DNA from: Eledone cirrhosa | Taxonomy: Eukaryota | Length of the DNA: 64,000 nucleotides | NCBI GenBank assembly: GCA_964016885.1 | Contig: OZ024742.1 | Span: forward strand, 118,234,001 to 118,298,000 | Direction: 5' to 3' | In this document: positions 40,898 to 52,927 of the stretch, in pieces | Numbering within the stretch: the stretch's first letter is position 1 | How the letters are laid out: each line of letters starts with the position of its first letter | Translations under genes and position numbers: made by a program | The notes under the pieces: model-generated | The model's input: the letters and a program-made list of their open reading frames with translations, nothing else | Told to the model about the DNA's origin: nothing | The model's database searches: none

Positions 40898-42976
40898 GAG
40901 GGGGGAGAGGACTTAGACACACTTACGTAACATTTAATTCGATTAAATTAGATATATTTCGGGGAAAGTTATATCAGTTTTTAATATAAAATTCTAATAT
41001 GGTCATATTCACAGATTTTGGAAAAGATAGAGTGTATTTGGCAAATAATCTCGATGATCTTTCGTTCTTCCTACCTACTCCTCTTCTTTTCTTTATTTGC
41101 ATTTCCCTTCAATCGCTCACAGACACTTTCCTCACTTTCCTTTCCCCCTCTTTCCATCGTCTACAGTAGATGTGTGTGTGACTTTATATCGAATTTTATA
41201 AGTGTATGTGTGTGTATGTGTTAGTATGTTTGTGTGTTTCACCAAATTCAATATCAAGTTTAAAAATAAATATTGAATTTTTCTTTTAAATAAAGGAACA
41301 GCCGAGAAAATATAATCCAATAATGCAACATCTGTTCGATTATCTTAATTTCCAATGAACCAAATACAGATAAAACTTGACTCGTTTCATATATTGATAA
41401 GTTATTAATGAGTTCTTAACAACAAGCCATGTTTTATTCTGACATGTGTCTCATATTCTGTTAATTTTAGGTCATCTTGATTTTGAATTCGTATATTTCC
41501 AACTGTCCTAATTCAAATTCAGTCTTAGGACAGAAGAAGCATTTTCCGCTCAACTTTGCAAGGAGTTCAGTACCTATCTTAACAACCGCCAGATATCTGT
41601 CTTTTACTCGTGGTAGATGTCGTGTGTTTGTCAGTAGATGAGGTCCAATTATGTCACCTCATGATCAAGTCTATGTAAACAGAGGAATGGTGAGAAAATG
41701 ACGCGCTTTTAAACGTTGTTAAAATAAAGTAGAAAACGTAAATTCATATAGTAATTGGAAGAACTCGGCGTAAGGAAGCTGTTAAAACAACAAAATGCCG
41801 TCAATGGCGGCGCCGTGTAAAATTTACCTCAAAGAATAGAAATCAGCGGCTAGAAGTGTGTTGGCCCGCAGAATGATAGGAAAAAATGAGAAAGGGGTGA
41901 ATTCTAATACACCCTCGTTTCAAACTCGATATTCGAGATACATTTGTTTAGAACGTGAATATTTAGGAAACTATGGCATTAAACAACCAGTCAAGTGTTC
42001 AGAGGCATTTAATGTATCACTTACTTTGCGTTGTGTTCATGGCCAAGATACATAACAATCAAGTGACCTAGTCTATTTAGCCGCAGAGCGTAAAATGAAC
42101 TCACAGTTATAGGTAGCAGCGCTGTATTCTAAATTCAAAATTCCTCGTGGCTACATTTTGGTGAAGGAACATATCCATTGATCAGGTTTAAAACGACAAC
42201 CACTCTCCATGCGCGGTATAAAGTGTATATCTCTAGTGATGATTGTATCACCCAATAGGTTGAGTGGTTCACCGCGGCACAAATGTGCTGTTTTATGTTG
42301 TTTTTAGTTTATTGTGGTTTGTTAAGGAGCGACTAGGGGTTATTTGGGACTAGAATAATCCAAGATAGATAATTATTGATTCGCTATAGTTGTTTCTTTC
42401 TTTTAACCGAATTTGACACCTGTGAGGGCTCTTCTATGTGTAGTGTAAATAATGTGAGGAACTAGTATGTTCACCTTCTTTCTGTATGGTATGTGTAAGT
42501 TCATTGTGTTGTCAGTCGATACACATATCAGTTCGCAATATTTCGAATGAGCTGTATAAAAACCAAGTAAATGGAAAGAAAATATGATTACAAAATAGTA
42601 CACGACAGAATAAGACTATTGAAAAAAAACAAAAAGAAGAATGATCTGGAATATTACAGCTCTCAATTAGATTTATAAAAACATTCGAGAATTTCACAGA
42701 ATTCTCATTCATCGAAAACATATGTAAACAATAGATGTTTGATTAATATAAACAAAATAACGGGTGGTATCATCGACATTGAAATATGTGACTAGATGAG
42801 GAGAGTAGGCTGTTAATCTAGGCTAAAAGAGAACTGAAAAATGACTCTCTTCTCAGATACTACGCTATTTATATAACCTGATACTACAACCGTATTACAT
42901 TCAAAATAAATATTGTTCACTCCTTACAATACCCGCCGGTGAGAAAGTTATGCACACGTCTATCTAATTACTACAC

Positions 42977-43191
42977 ATTATTATCTGTATCGCGGTGGAT
43001 TGGCAGTATCGGTAGAGGGTCGGACGCCATGCTTTCCAGCAGAGTTACGTCCCTTTACGATCTGAGTTCAAATCCCGCCGAGGTTGACTTTGCCTTTCAT
43101 CCTTACGGGGTCGATAAAATAAAGTACCAGTAATGCACTGGGTAATTGCTGGCCTTGTGCCTAAAGTAGAAACAATTATTATCTGTATCGC
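42977..43191 (+). mobile_element. S1 SINE, full-length with 17-bp target-site duplication
   Basis: attattatctgtatcgc at 42977-42993 and 43175-43191 flank the A box/B box/core. Confidence 0.92.
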
Positions 43192-43785
43192 AATTAGAAG
43201 GAAAAAGTTCATAACAGAATCTCGAATATCTATCAAACTTCAATACTAAACCATTAACTTTTCATTACCTCCTCTGATAACTCACTTCCTTTTACCAAAT
43301 CTAGAATCTTTAATTCAGAAAAAGTTCAAAAGGTAATTGTAAGCTAGAGGTAAATTCTATGGCAGCAGTTTCTGTGAAGAAACAGCTGCTGCTTTCTTCA
43401 CTACCACCTCTCTATTAACTATTAACAAGAACCCATTCTCCAACCAAATTTTGAGCAAGAAAGATGGGAAAAAAATTACTCCAACATTTGATTTTAATTT
43501 TAAATCTTTAATTTTTAGTTTTTAATTCCTATTAATTCTTTTTAATTTTTTATTTCAATACTCAACATTTGATAAGAAGAATGTTTATAATACATCGAAA
43601 CCGGTAATACTTTATATACTTTATATACTTTATATAAAACTTTTTTTTTTAAATTGTCCCTCTCATTTTTTCAATAATGTCACTTTGACGAATCAAAGAA
43701 AGGATAAAAGCAGAAAAGCAGACCCTTAAATACATATTCTGTGCTATTTCCAACTTCACCTTCTCTCTCTCTCTATATATATATA

Positions 43786-43861
<76 letters not shown>

Positions 43862-43939
43862 TATGACCCCGACGACAGAGCTCAAGCCGTTTCGACGGCT
43901 ATTTCCTTCGTTATATATTATATATATAATGATAATAAT

Positions 43940-44270
43940 TAGAACACAATAGGCATGACCTGGGGTTTTGGACAAGAAAAAAGATCGTGCCTGATTGTAG
44001 ATGTAGCCTGCCCATTTGACACGAGAGTGCAAGAAAAGAAGAGGGAGAAAATTAACCGATACCAGGATTTAAAGTGGGAGTTAAAAAGGATTTGGAACTG
44101 CCATGAAGTCAGAGTCGTCCCGATTGTCATAGGCGCACTAGGTACTATCTCAAAGAGTTTCCAAGGATGGTTAATGAAGATTAGTCTAGCCCCGCTTTTG
44201 GAACACTTCAAAAGGCATGCTTACTGGGAACAACAAGAACCCTCCGATACGTCCTGAATATCTGAGGCTG
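43940..44270 (+). pseudogene. 3' fragment of an R4/Dong-like non-LTR element (restriction-like endonuclease)
   Basis: HNR(P)D-like start, CLIVDVACPFD....K..EKI.RYQDL..EL.RIW....V.VVPIVIGALG; follows a (TAA)-rich tract. Confidence 0.85.
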
Positions 44271-44339
44271 CAGGTAGATTTCGGCTGATCTAAATTGATC
44301 AAGGACCCAACCATTGACATTATATAAAAAATATTGATC

Positions 44340-44845
44340 AGTATCTAATAAAAATTTAAAAAAAACCGTGTTAAAGGGAACAAAAAAAAGGAAGAAAAAA
44401 GATCAAACAAAAAATGATCAAGCAACAAGAGAGGAGGGGATAGACAAATCACTCTAGTCTGAGCAGTGCCTCAGTCACGCCCCACGAACAAAATGTCAAA
44501 GGTGTTACCGGGGAGAACTGCCAGAGACAGTCGCTACAACAGCCACCCCACCTCACGGGGCTGCCTCCTTCAAGCGGGTCTTCTTCTTTCTGACTTTACG
44601 GACGAAATGAACATTGCGGACACAAAAAACGCCAGAGATGTTGACGGAGACCGGTGCAAAGAGGAAGTTGTCTGTTAGGCCCCCGTTAGGCCCCCGTATT
44701 TGACTATCTTCCTCTCCTTCGCATTGCGGACAACGGAGTCCGAGATTGTGGCCGAAGCGACAAGGATAGAGGCAGAGAACGCGTCCCAAATTAGGGATTT
44801 GCGTCCCCTGAAAGGGACGAAGTTGTGAATTGATATAACTCACTT
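44340..44845 (-). pseudogene. Old Tx1/L1-like 3' remnant
   Basis: RCPQCEGEED zinc-knuckle-like motif and basic C-terminus (FVRKVRKKKTRLKE) resembling ORF2 ends; T-rich 3' UTR. Confidence 0.45.
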
Positions 44846-47004
44846 ATCCACGAGAGTTACACTTTATGCTCATATTAGTATCAGGCATACCCTTAATTAT
44901 TTTTTCTTCGAAGTTAATCTACGTTAGTTTATGTAGATTTCAACCCAGTTACTAAGTGATAAGACATTCTTTTTTTAGTAAATACAGATCCGATGATTTG
45001 TAAATAAGTGAATGAGTCAGCGCGTGCATGTAGATATATATACTTGCACACATGGTATGTGTGAACATATCTCTTTAGTATACAGCTGATAATTCCATAT
45101 GTATGTGTATGTCATATGTACGCATGTAGTTGTGTGCATACAGTCATTCCATGAAATTCAGATGGATAATCGCAGGGTGTCTTACAAATTTTCAGTGTAC
45201 CGTTAATCGATAGAATTTGGAGGGTTCCGTTTAATTTTATTTCTTCTGTCTTGGAAAATCCCAATATTTCCGAGGTTTTATTCAACTATATCTATCCTGC
45301 TGTGTTTTCACTGAATTGCTGCTGTTTTGAGAGACGTTCCACAAGTATTCCTCTTTTTTTTTTAAGTATGGTTACATTTTGGTTTTGGTGCTCCTTTCCT
45401 GTGATCGTTAGGGTATTTATTCCCGCGAATAACTTTATAAGTAGTTTTCACAACTATGCGGTGCGTTGTGGGGACTTAATTCCTCGCTGACAGCCAATAA
45501 TGATGTGAATAACACATTCCTCAGAGATATCAAAATCGAAATTTTATATCACAACGCCGCGTCTTGACCTTTCTTATTGATCAGGTATTTAGCAATTAGC
45601 TCTGCCCTGAATAGCGAATGTGTATCCCTTCCACTGGGTTGTGATATAAGTATCACATATACAAGAGAGACAACTAGTTTGCAGTATATATACCTATGAA
45701 TTACTTCTATTGGTATGACGAGTGTATGATAAATGCTTCTCCTCAATCTTTAAGTAGGTTACTCTAGATATCTTTGGGTCACATTGAACATTTCTACATT
45801 CAGATTATTTGTTCAAGAGTTCTTCACCTACTCCCAAGGTGTTGTTGTTTTCACTGCTAAGTAGGCTTGTGGTGTATTTGTACTTCTCATTAGTATTCAA
45901 GTGTTGTCTAAGTAATAAAATGTGACACTCAAAGGCCGCTTGAACTTGCCTTATGCATCAGCCTCGATCCCTCCATTTAACATAAATCTTGTCTATGTCA
46001 GTCACTGTAAATATGAAAACTGCCAATGGTGGGTAGTATCTTCCACGTTGATATCCAGATAGAGGATCTCATCAAGTGTGCAGTTTAAAGCATTGTGGTT
46101 TGTGGTTTTATTAACGGGAGACAACTCTTCTATATTTGTCTAAGTCTGATGAGTTATTACTTGGTCATTCTGGCTTTACACGCAGCAGCAACGTATGAAA
46201 CATTCGAAACAATTCCAATATATTTGAAGTATTTGCTACTTGAGATGAAACAGATGAAATATTTTCACCCGGTTGGCTACCAAATATAACCAAACACGCT
46301 GTGTATGTCCTGTGAAAATGTTAAGACCAGTTCTAAATGTCTCTTGCTATGAATATTACCTTAATACAGCTTAATGTCATCCATGAAAAAAGTGTGAGTG
46401 ACATTAACATTCCTTTCTTCTTCAAATTATTAACCTTACTGATACATGTTCATATGTGTGTGTGTACGTGTATGTTTGTGCGTGCGTGTGCGGGCATTAC
46501 ATATATGCTTATATATAACGTATAATTTATATTAGAATATAACATAAGATACTATAGATTATCAAACTCAGGTTTAATGACCTTAACTATTCTTTAATCC
46601 ACATTTATCTATGTCTACGTCACAAACTGTATACAGACATAAATATAGAGACCACACACAGACAAATGTTCACAAACACACATATACAATCCCACACCTA
46701 CATATACCTCCCCCCTATGTATATATATATAGGAAAATGTTTGACCCCGACGGCAGAGCTCAAGCCGTTTATATATATATATACACATATATATATAAAT
46801 GTAAGTATGTATACGTACATACATATATGTATACAGACGTACAGTAGTATGTATATATATACATACATGCACACATATATATGTACGTATGGGTTTACCG
46901 AACATTTATTATAATGTTCGGTTTGTTTGTAAACAAACAGCCCAAATTAAGCCATACAGTGTTCGGCAACCATCGTCGCCCTTTTGTTCAACACTGACAA
47001 AGGA

Positions 47005-47047
47005 ACGATGAACTAGTTTCAAGCTTATTAGCTATCGTCAGCATCGT
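47005..47047 (-). ncRNA. Type I hammerhead ribozyme (F2b)
   Basis: Reverse complement of 47319-47361. Confidence 0.87.
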
Positions 47048-47318
47048 ATACCTTCCTCTCAGAGGATTGAACGTTTGAATGTATGTATATATATACATAC
47101 TACTGTACGTCTGTATACATATATGTATGCACGTATGCATACTTATATTTAAGTATCAGCCGTACTAAGAGTGAGAAATGAAATTTTATTTAATCCTTTT
47201 CCATTTATCGTTTTCGGTACGCCCGGCCGACTCGATATGCAAATTAGGCTGCTCAGCTGTTAATGTACTTAAGGAGAGTATATACTTGCAAACGTTCAAT
47301 CATCTGACAGGAAGGTAT

Positions 47319-47361
47319 ACGATGCTGACGATAGCTAATAAGCTTGAAACTAGTTCATCGT
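47319..47361 (+). ncRNA. Type I hammerhead ribozyme (F2b)
   Basis: acgatg-CUGACGA-t agct(aata)agct t-GAAA-ctag-UU-catcgt. Confidence 0.87.
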
Positions 47362-47625
47362 TCCTTTGTCAGTGTTGAACAAAAGGGCGACGATGGTTGC
47401 CGAACACTGTACGGCTTAATTCGGGCTGTTTGTTTACAAACAAACCGAACATTGTAATAAATGTTCGGTAAAACCATACGTACATGTATATATATGTGCG
47501 CATGTATGTATATATATACATACTACTGTACGTCTGTATACATATATGTATGTACGTATACATAATAACATTTAAGTATCAGCCGTACTAAGAGTGAGAA
47601 ATGAAATTTCATTTCATTCTTTTCC

Positions 47626-47690
<65 letters not shown>

Positions 47691-47975
47691 AATAAAATAC
47701 AGTGTTATTAACTGATATTGATACCCTGCAATTAAACAAGCTCAAAGTATGAATACTGACCATTATATAGCAATATATGTATAAATAAACACACTAAATT
47801 TCGTTTCTAAAATTACGAGGGTAGAGAATGCCACAAATGTTTTAAATATTTAATCTTAAACATACAGTAGGATAGTATTTTATACTGTAAAATATGCACC
47901 TCGTGGGCTGCACGCCATACGTGGTATTTTTACTCCTCCGGTTGCTGTTAGATGTGTTTTGTTTCATTTGATCTA

Positions 47976-48064
47976 ATCTCTCGCTGATGATAGCCTACAG
48001 ATTATCTGTTACAAACACAATTTTCAGGGCGAAACAGATTAAATCTATAATCTGTCCGAGAGAT
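47976..48064 (+). ncRNA. Type I hammerhead ribozyme (F7, copy 1)
   Basis: atctctcg-CUGAUGA-ta gcct...gggc-GAAA-cagatta(aatcta)taatctg-UC-cgagagat: 8-bp stem I, 7-bp stem III, GUC site. Confidence 0.88.
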
Positions 48065-48207
48065 AAAATGTTTTTGATACGGTCAGTATAAAATTATATC
48101 CTACTGTAGGCTTAAGATTAAATATTTAAAACATTTGTGGCATTCTCTACCCTCGTAATTTTAGACACGAAATTTACTGTGTTTATTTATACATATATTA
48201 CTATATA

Positions 48208-48395
48208 ATTGTTTCTACTTTTGGCACAAGGCCAGCAATTACCCAGTGCATTACTGGTACTTTATTTCATCGACCTCGTAAGAATGAAAGGCAAAGTTAA
48301 CCTCGGCGGCATTTGAACTCAGAATGGCAAGTGCCGTAACTATGCGTCAAAGCATGGCGTCCGACTCTCTACCGATACTGCCAATCCCACCTTTT
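48208..48395 (-). mobile_element. S1 SINE nested in the F7 element
   Basis: Reverse complement of S1; tattactatataat duplicated on both sides. Confidence 0.85.
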
Positions 48396-48647
48396 TTACT
48401 ATATTATTACTATATAATGCTCAGTATTTATACTTTGAGCTTGTTTAATTGCAGGGTATCAATATGAGTTAATAACTCTGTATTTTATTAGTATTCCGGC
48501 TCCCTATCTAGGTGAGCTTATAAATTGAGTGTAATAAGGCTAATATTTCTAGCATAACCACTCATACCACGTATGGCGTGCAGCCCACGAGGTTCATATT
48601 TTTACTCCTCCGGTTAGTGTTAGATGTGTTTTGTTTCATTTGATCTA

Positions 48648-48736
48648 ATCTTTCGCTGATGATAGCCTACAGATTACCTGTTACAAACACAATTTTCAGG
48701 GCGAAACAGATTAAATCTCTAATCTGTCCGAGAGAT
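48648..48736 (+). ncRNA. Type I hammerhead ribozyme (F7, copy 2)
   Basis: As copy 1; a stem I C-to-U change leaves a U.G wobble. Confidence 0.87.
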
Positions 48737-48882
48737 AAAATGTTTTTGATACGGTCAGTATAAAATTATATCCTTCTGAATGTTTAAGATTAAATATTTA
48801 AAACAGTTGTAGCATTCTCTACCCTCGTAATTTTAGACACGAAATTTACTGTGTTTATTTATACATATATTACTATATATAA

Positions 48883-48995
<113 letters not shown>

Positions 48996-49545
48996 TACAC
49001 ACATAAGTGTGCACTTGATCGTTATCAAGTATTTTGTTTTAAATTTGTTATTAAATTTAATAAGATACTCAACGAGTTATGTAGTCTTACTTTCAGTGTA
49101 GATTGTCTCTAGTTCTGTGTTTTGGTGTGTCTTTGTGCACACTTATGTGTCTATGAATATATTCCAATCACTTTCTTATAATGATTAAGGCTCGATTTTA
49201 TTCTCTGAATTCTATCTTGAGCTGTTTTTAGAGACAAGACATATGTTTGATTTTGTATCATTCGTGACCCCTTTACTTTGAAAGTAATAATAATACTTTC
49301 TTTATTAACCACAAGGGTTTACATAAAATAGACATTAAGGACAGTACAGGACAATACAGGACGATACAAATGGGCATTTCTGCGTGTAAAAAACAAAAAC
49401 AGAGGATGTAACAAAAAAATAACAATGAAAAATTCCTCAGTAGGGGGGAGACTTCCGAGGGACATTTGTGGAGAAAACCCATTAAAAGGCCACAGTGACC
49501 CTGACCACCAGGGCAAGTGCCCTCTCCCAGTTTTCCACCTTTAAT

Positions 49546-52500
49546 TTACAGACCCATACTCAGAGTAGTCCCATTCACTCGGGCCATTCTTGCTTCTCTC
49601 ACCCATCTTTCAACAAAATGCTGGGAAGAGAGCACTTCCCTCTCTACCCTGATTTTCCTTTTCAGATGAAATTTGAAAAAGTTAATCAGGGCATCACCGA
49701 AGAGGTAAGTGCTCGTCTTCAGCCCTTTCAACGTGTCCACCATACTATCTCTTTCACCATGGCCACGAGGCAGATAAAAACTGCCTGCCCTTCCCGGCTA
49801 AAGAAAGAGGGCGGGGCAATCCTCACGATGGACTCAGCTGATAGCCGGATCCGTCCTACACGCGACAGCAGGTGTTCGACATAAACCCACAAGTCAGCAA
49901 TGCTCGGACACTGGATGAGTGCGTGCAGGACGGTTTCGTCGCCCTGCGCGCATCTCGGACATGCCCAGCTGACGGCACCTCCATGCCTGTAGAGTTTATC
50001 CCGAAGTGGCAAGGCTCCTCGATAACACTGCCAGGTCAGGGATTTATGGAAGTTGTCCAAAGGCCCCGGCCCGAAAGTCCTTCCGAAGAGATTGGCTAGT
50101 TGATTTCGTCGACGCCTAGAGTTTCTCCAAGTACGTCGTCGCTCTTCCCCTCCACAAATCCCCTATAGAACACAAAGGTGGAGTTTCCACCGATCACATT
50201 GCCCGATTGGTCGAGGGCTGGGAGCACCTGAAGACATTCTGATCTCCAAGCGCTCCCTCTCGGTCTTCTCTTGACCCAGGACTGCAGCTCCGTCAAGGAG
50301 ACAAGCTGCGGAAAGACGTGTCTAGCAAACGGCGACCACACCTGATCACCGTTGAGGAAGAGGTGGAGATGTCGTAGCCTGAGCGCGTGTTTGCGCATCA
50401 TCAGCCACGGCATGCCCAGCCCTCCACGTAGCGGGTGTTGACAGCAGTTGGACCGCCTGACCATCGGAGCGCGTCCCTTCCACAAAAATAGAAAGAGCAA
50501 ACGCTCCAGCGCAGTCAGGCGGGGCTTAGGACAAGGTACGACGGTCAGGCGGTAGTAGATGACGGACGCGATGTAGGCGTTAGCTACTTCCGCTCGACCT
50601 TTCAGGGATAACTTCCTCTCCGCCCATTTCTGGCTGAGAGAAGCCACCCTGCTCGTCACCTCGTCCCAGTTTTTGTCAGTCTGGAGGTCCGGACCGAACC
50701 AGACCCTAGCAATTTAAGCGGTCCGTCGCTCCAGCGCCCGACGACGTTGTTGGACGGCATGGAGCTGCCTCTCCAGGTGCCGAGCTGCAGGCCCACTGAC
50801 TTTTCCTGGTGGATCATTGCTCCTGTCACCGCTTCGTATTCTCTTAGTGTAGTGCCGATCGCCTCGATGTGTTTGGCGTTCGACACCACTACGGTAACAT
50901 CGTCCGCATATGCTGACACGGATCTTCCACATCCTAGTTCGCGCGGGACCCCCTCAACGTCTCCGGTGTATGCAGTAATGGCTCCAGAGTCAATACGTAC
51001 AAGAGGGACGAGAGAGGACATCCTTGGCGGACCGAGCGCATGATGCTGAACGGTTCCGAAAGGTGACCGTTCACTCTCACCACAGAGCAGATGTCACGGT
51101 GCATAGCAGCGACCCTATCGAAAGCTTTCGACTGATCTAAATTGATCAAGGACCCACCCGTGCCAGTTTCCCTAGCTACCCTCTCTACGATGTATCGCAT
51201 GGGGTGGAGGTTGTCGTGGATGGATCTGTCGGGTATGGCGCATGTCTGCGCCTCTCCCACCAGACCACCAACGACAAGCGCCAACCTCTTTGCTAGCACC
51301 TTGGCCAAAATCTTGAACTCTGTGTTTAGCAGAGTTATGGGCCTGAAATTATGTATGTTATCCTCCTTGTTCGGATCCTTTCTCAGCAGCGCCACCGCTC
51401 CTCGGCTCACAGAGCTGGGAAATTCTCCCGTTCTGTTGCCAGTTGCAGTAGATGTTTGCCAAGAGGCCTCCGAACAAGTCTGGCATCTGTACGTAAAGTT
51501 CATAGGGCAGACCATCCAAACCAGGCGATTTACCCCTTGTGCAGCCAGTCATTGCCTCCCGTACTTCAGCGGCTGTTATCGGCTTTTCGCAACACTCCGC
51601 CTCAGTAGCCGAGAGCCGTGGCAGTCCGTCGAGGTAAACACTAAAGTCCATCCCTCGATCCGGCCCGCCGCTGCCCCCGAACAGCTGAGCAAAGTGTCGC
51701 TGAAAAGCTTCACACATTTGCCTGGGATCGAGTAGCATGCGCCCGTCGTGGTCCACCAAAGACCAGATCGTGGCTTTGTTGCCACGACGCGCCTCCGCCA
51801 CTCGGGCCCATTGAACGGCTTTCGTCCCCTCGTGTCTGAGAGCACGCACCCTAACTCTGACAACGCAGCCTTCTTTCTTTGCATTGAAGAATTGGTCAAG
51901 GGCCAATTTCGCCGCAAGTACGTCGGTCGCGATGCCTTTGCTAAGCGCCTCGTCTAATTTTCTAACTAGTTCTCCCTCTGCTCTATTTTTCTCTATAGCT
52001 AAAGCCTTACTAAACCTAATGGACTCTATTCTAATCGCTCTTTTCAGAGCAAACCACCACTTATTGTTGACGATCGCCCCCGTCAAAGCTCGCTTAACTA
52101 GTTTGCTAATCCGGTCTCTGTAGGCCTTGTGCGCTGGTAATGACGCGTTTAGCGTCCAGTAGCCGGGTCCTTGTCTATGAAGCCTATCTAAGTCAAGCAC
52201 ACAGATCACGAATTTGTGGTCCGTGTAGCTGACTATCTTGAATTGTGGACAGCCTATGCTAGACCTATCTATTTCCTTACAAAATACTCTATCTAGATAT
52301 GATCTGGATGACCCGATACGGTTTGTCCAAGTCCACATTGGCACATTCAGGAAATCCAATCGGTACCTGTCATACAGTTCAAAACGCTTGAGCAGGTTGG
52401 TGAGGCTATTGCACCCTCCTCCCCTATCCGCTAATCCCACACAGTCCCAGCGTGCATCTAAGATCCCGTTCCAGTCGCCCACTAACACTAAACAGTCTGG

Positions 52501-52893
52501 AGACCTTTCCTAGAAAGGTCTCCAGACGCCGGAAGAAATCAGGCCGCCCTGCTCCTGTCGGGGCATAGACGGCCACTAACCTGAAAGCTTGGCCGTCTCC
52601 GCTGGTCACGTCCAGCACCACCAACTTACCTTCTGGGTCCAGGAAGATGGCCCGTATGGCAAGATCCAAACCTCTCCGAAAAAGCACAGCAACTCCTCCC
52701 CCCGATCCAGGACGGCTGTGAGATGCGTAAACATCGTAAACATCGGTGCGAAGGCCCGTGCTTCGGAGATTCTGGTCTCGCTGATGGCCACTACATCTAT
52801 GTTTAGTGACCTGAGGTCGTTGAGCAGGTGGCCCTGCTTCCATGACGACCCCAAGCCACGCGCATTTATGCTGCCTATTCTTAGTGAGGTCAT
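49546..52893 (-). pseudogene. Copy A ORF2: APE endonuclease + RT + C-terminal cysteine motif
   Basis: GSINARGL, LVGDWN, SYLDR, YTDH, GKSPGLDGLPYE, FRPITLLN, QGCPLS, AYADD, CPRC..GDET..H; several frameshifts and a ~22-codon RT deletion relative to copy B. Confidence 0.92.
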
Positions 52894-52927
52894 GTTGAAA
52901 TAGAGTGGAAAAGATGGGAAAGACCAC

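Larger units (their letters stand above)
46790..47630. mobile_element. F2-family element, diverged subfamily: inverted arm plus ~1.2 forward units
   Basis: Colinear with the 468-bp unit; 46790-47083 inverted, 47085-47630 forward; ends in (TA)n. Confidence 0.88.
47690..48880 (+). mobile_element. HHR-bearing element (F7): inverted arm plus ~1.6 tandem units of ~465 bp, interrupted by a SINE
   Basis: 47925-48207 repeated at 48597-48878; 47690-47925 is an inverted mosaic of the unit; (TA)n on both sides. Confidence 0.85.

Noticed and set aside
41560-42320. Relatively CpG-rich unique stretch as a host promoter or first exon
   Set aside because: No convincing ORF, splice pattern or homology visible; needs transcript data.
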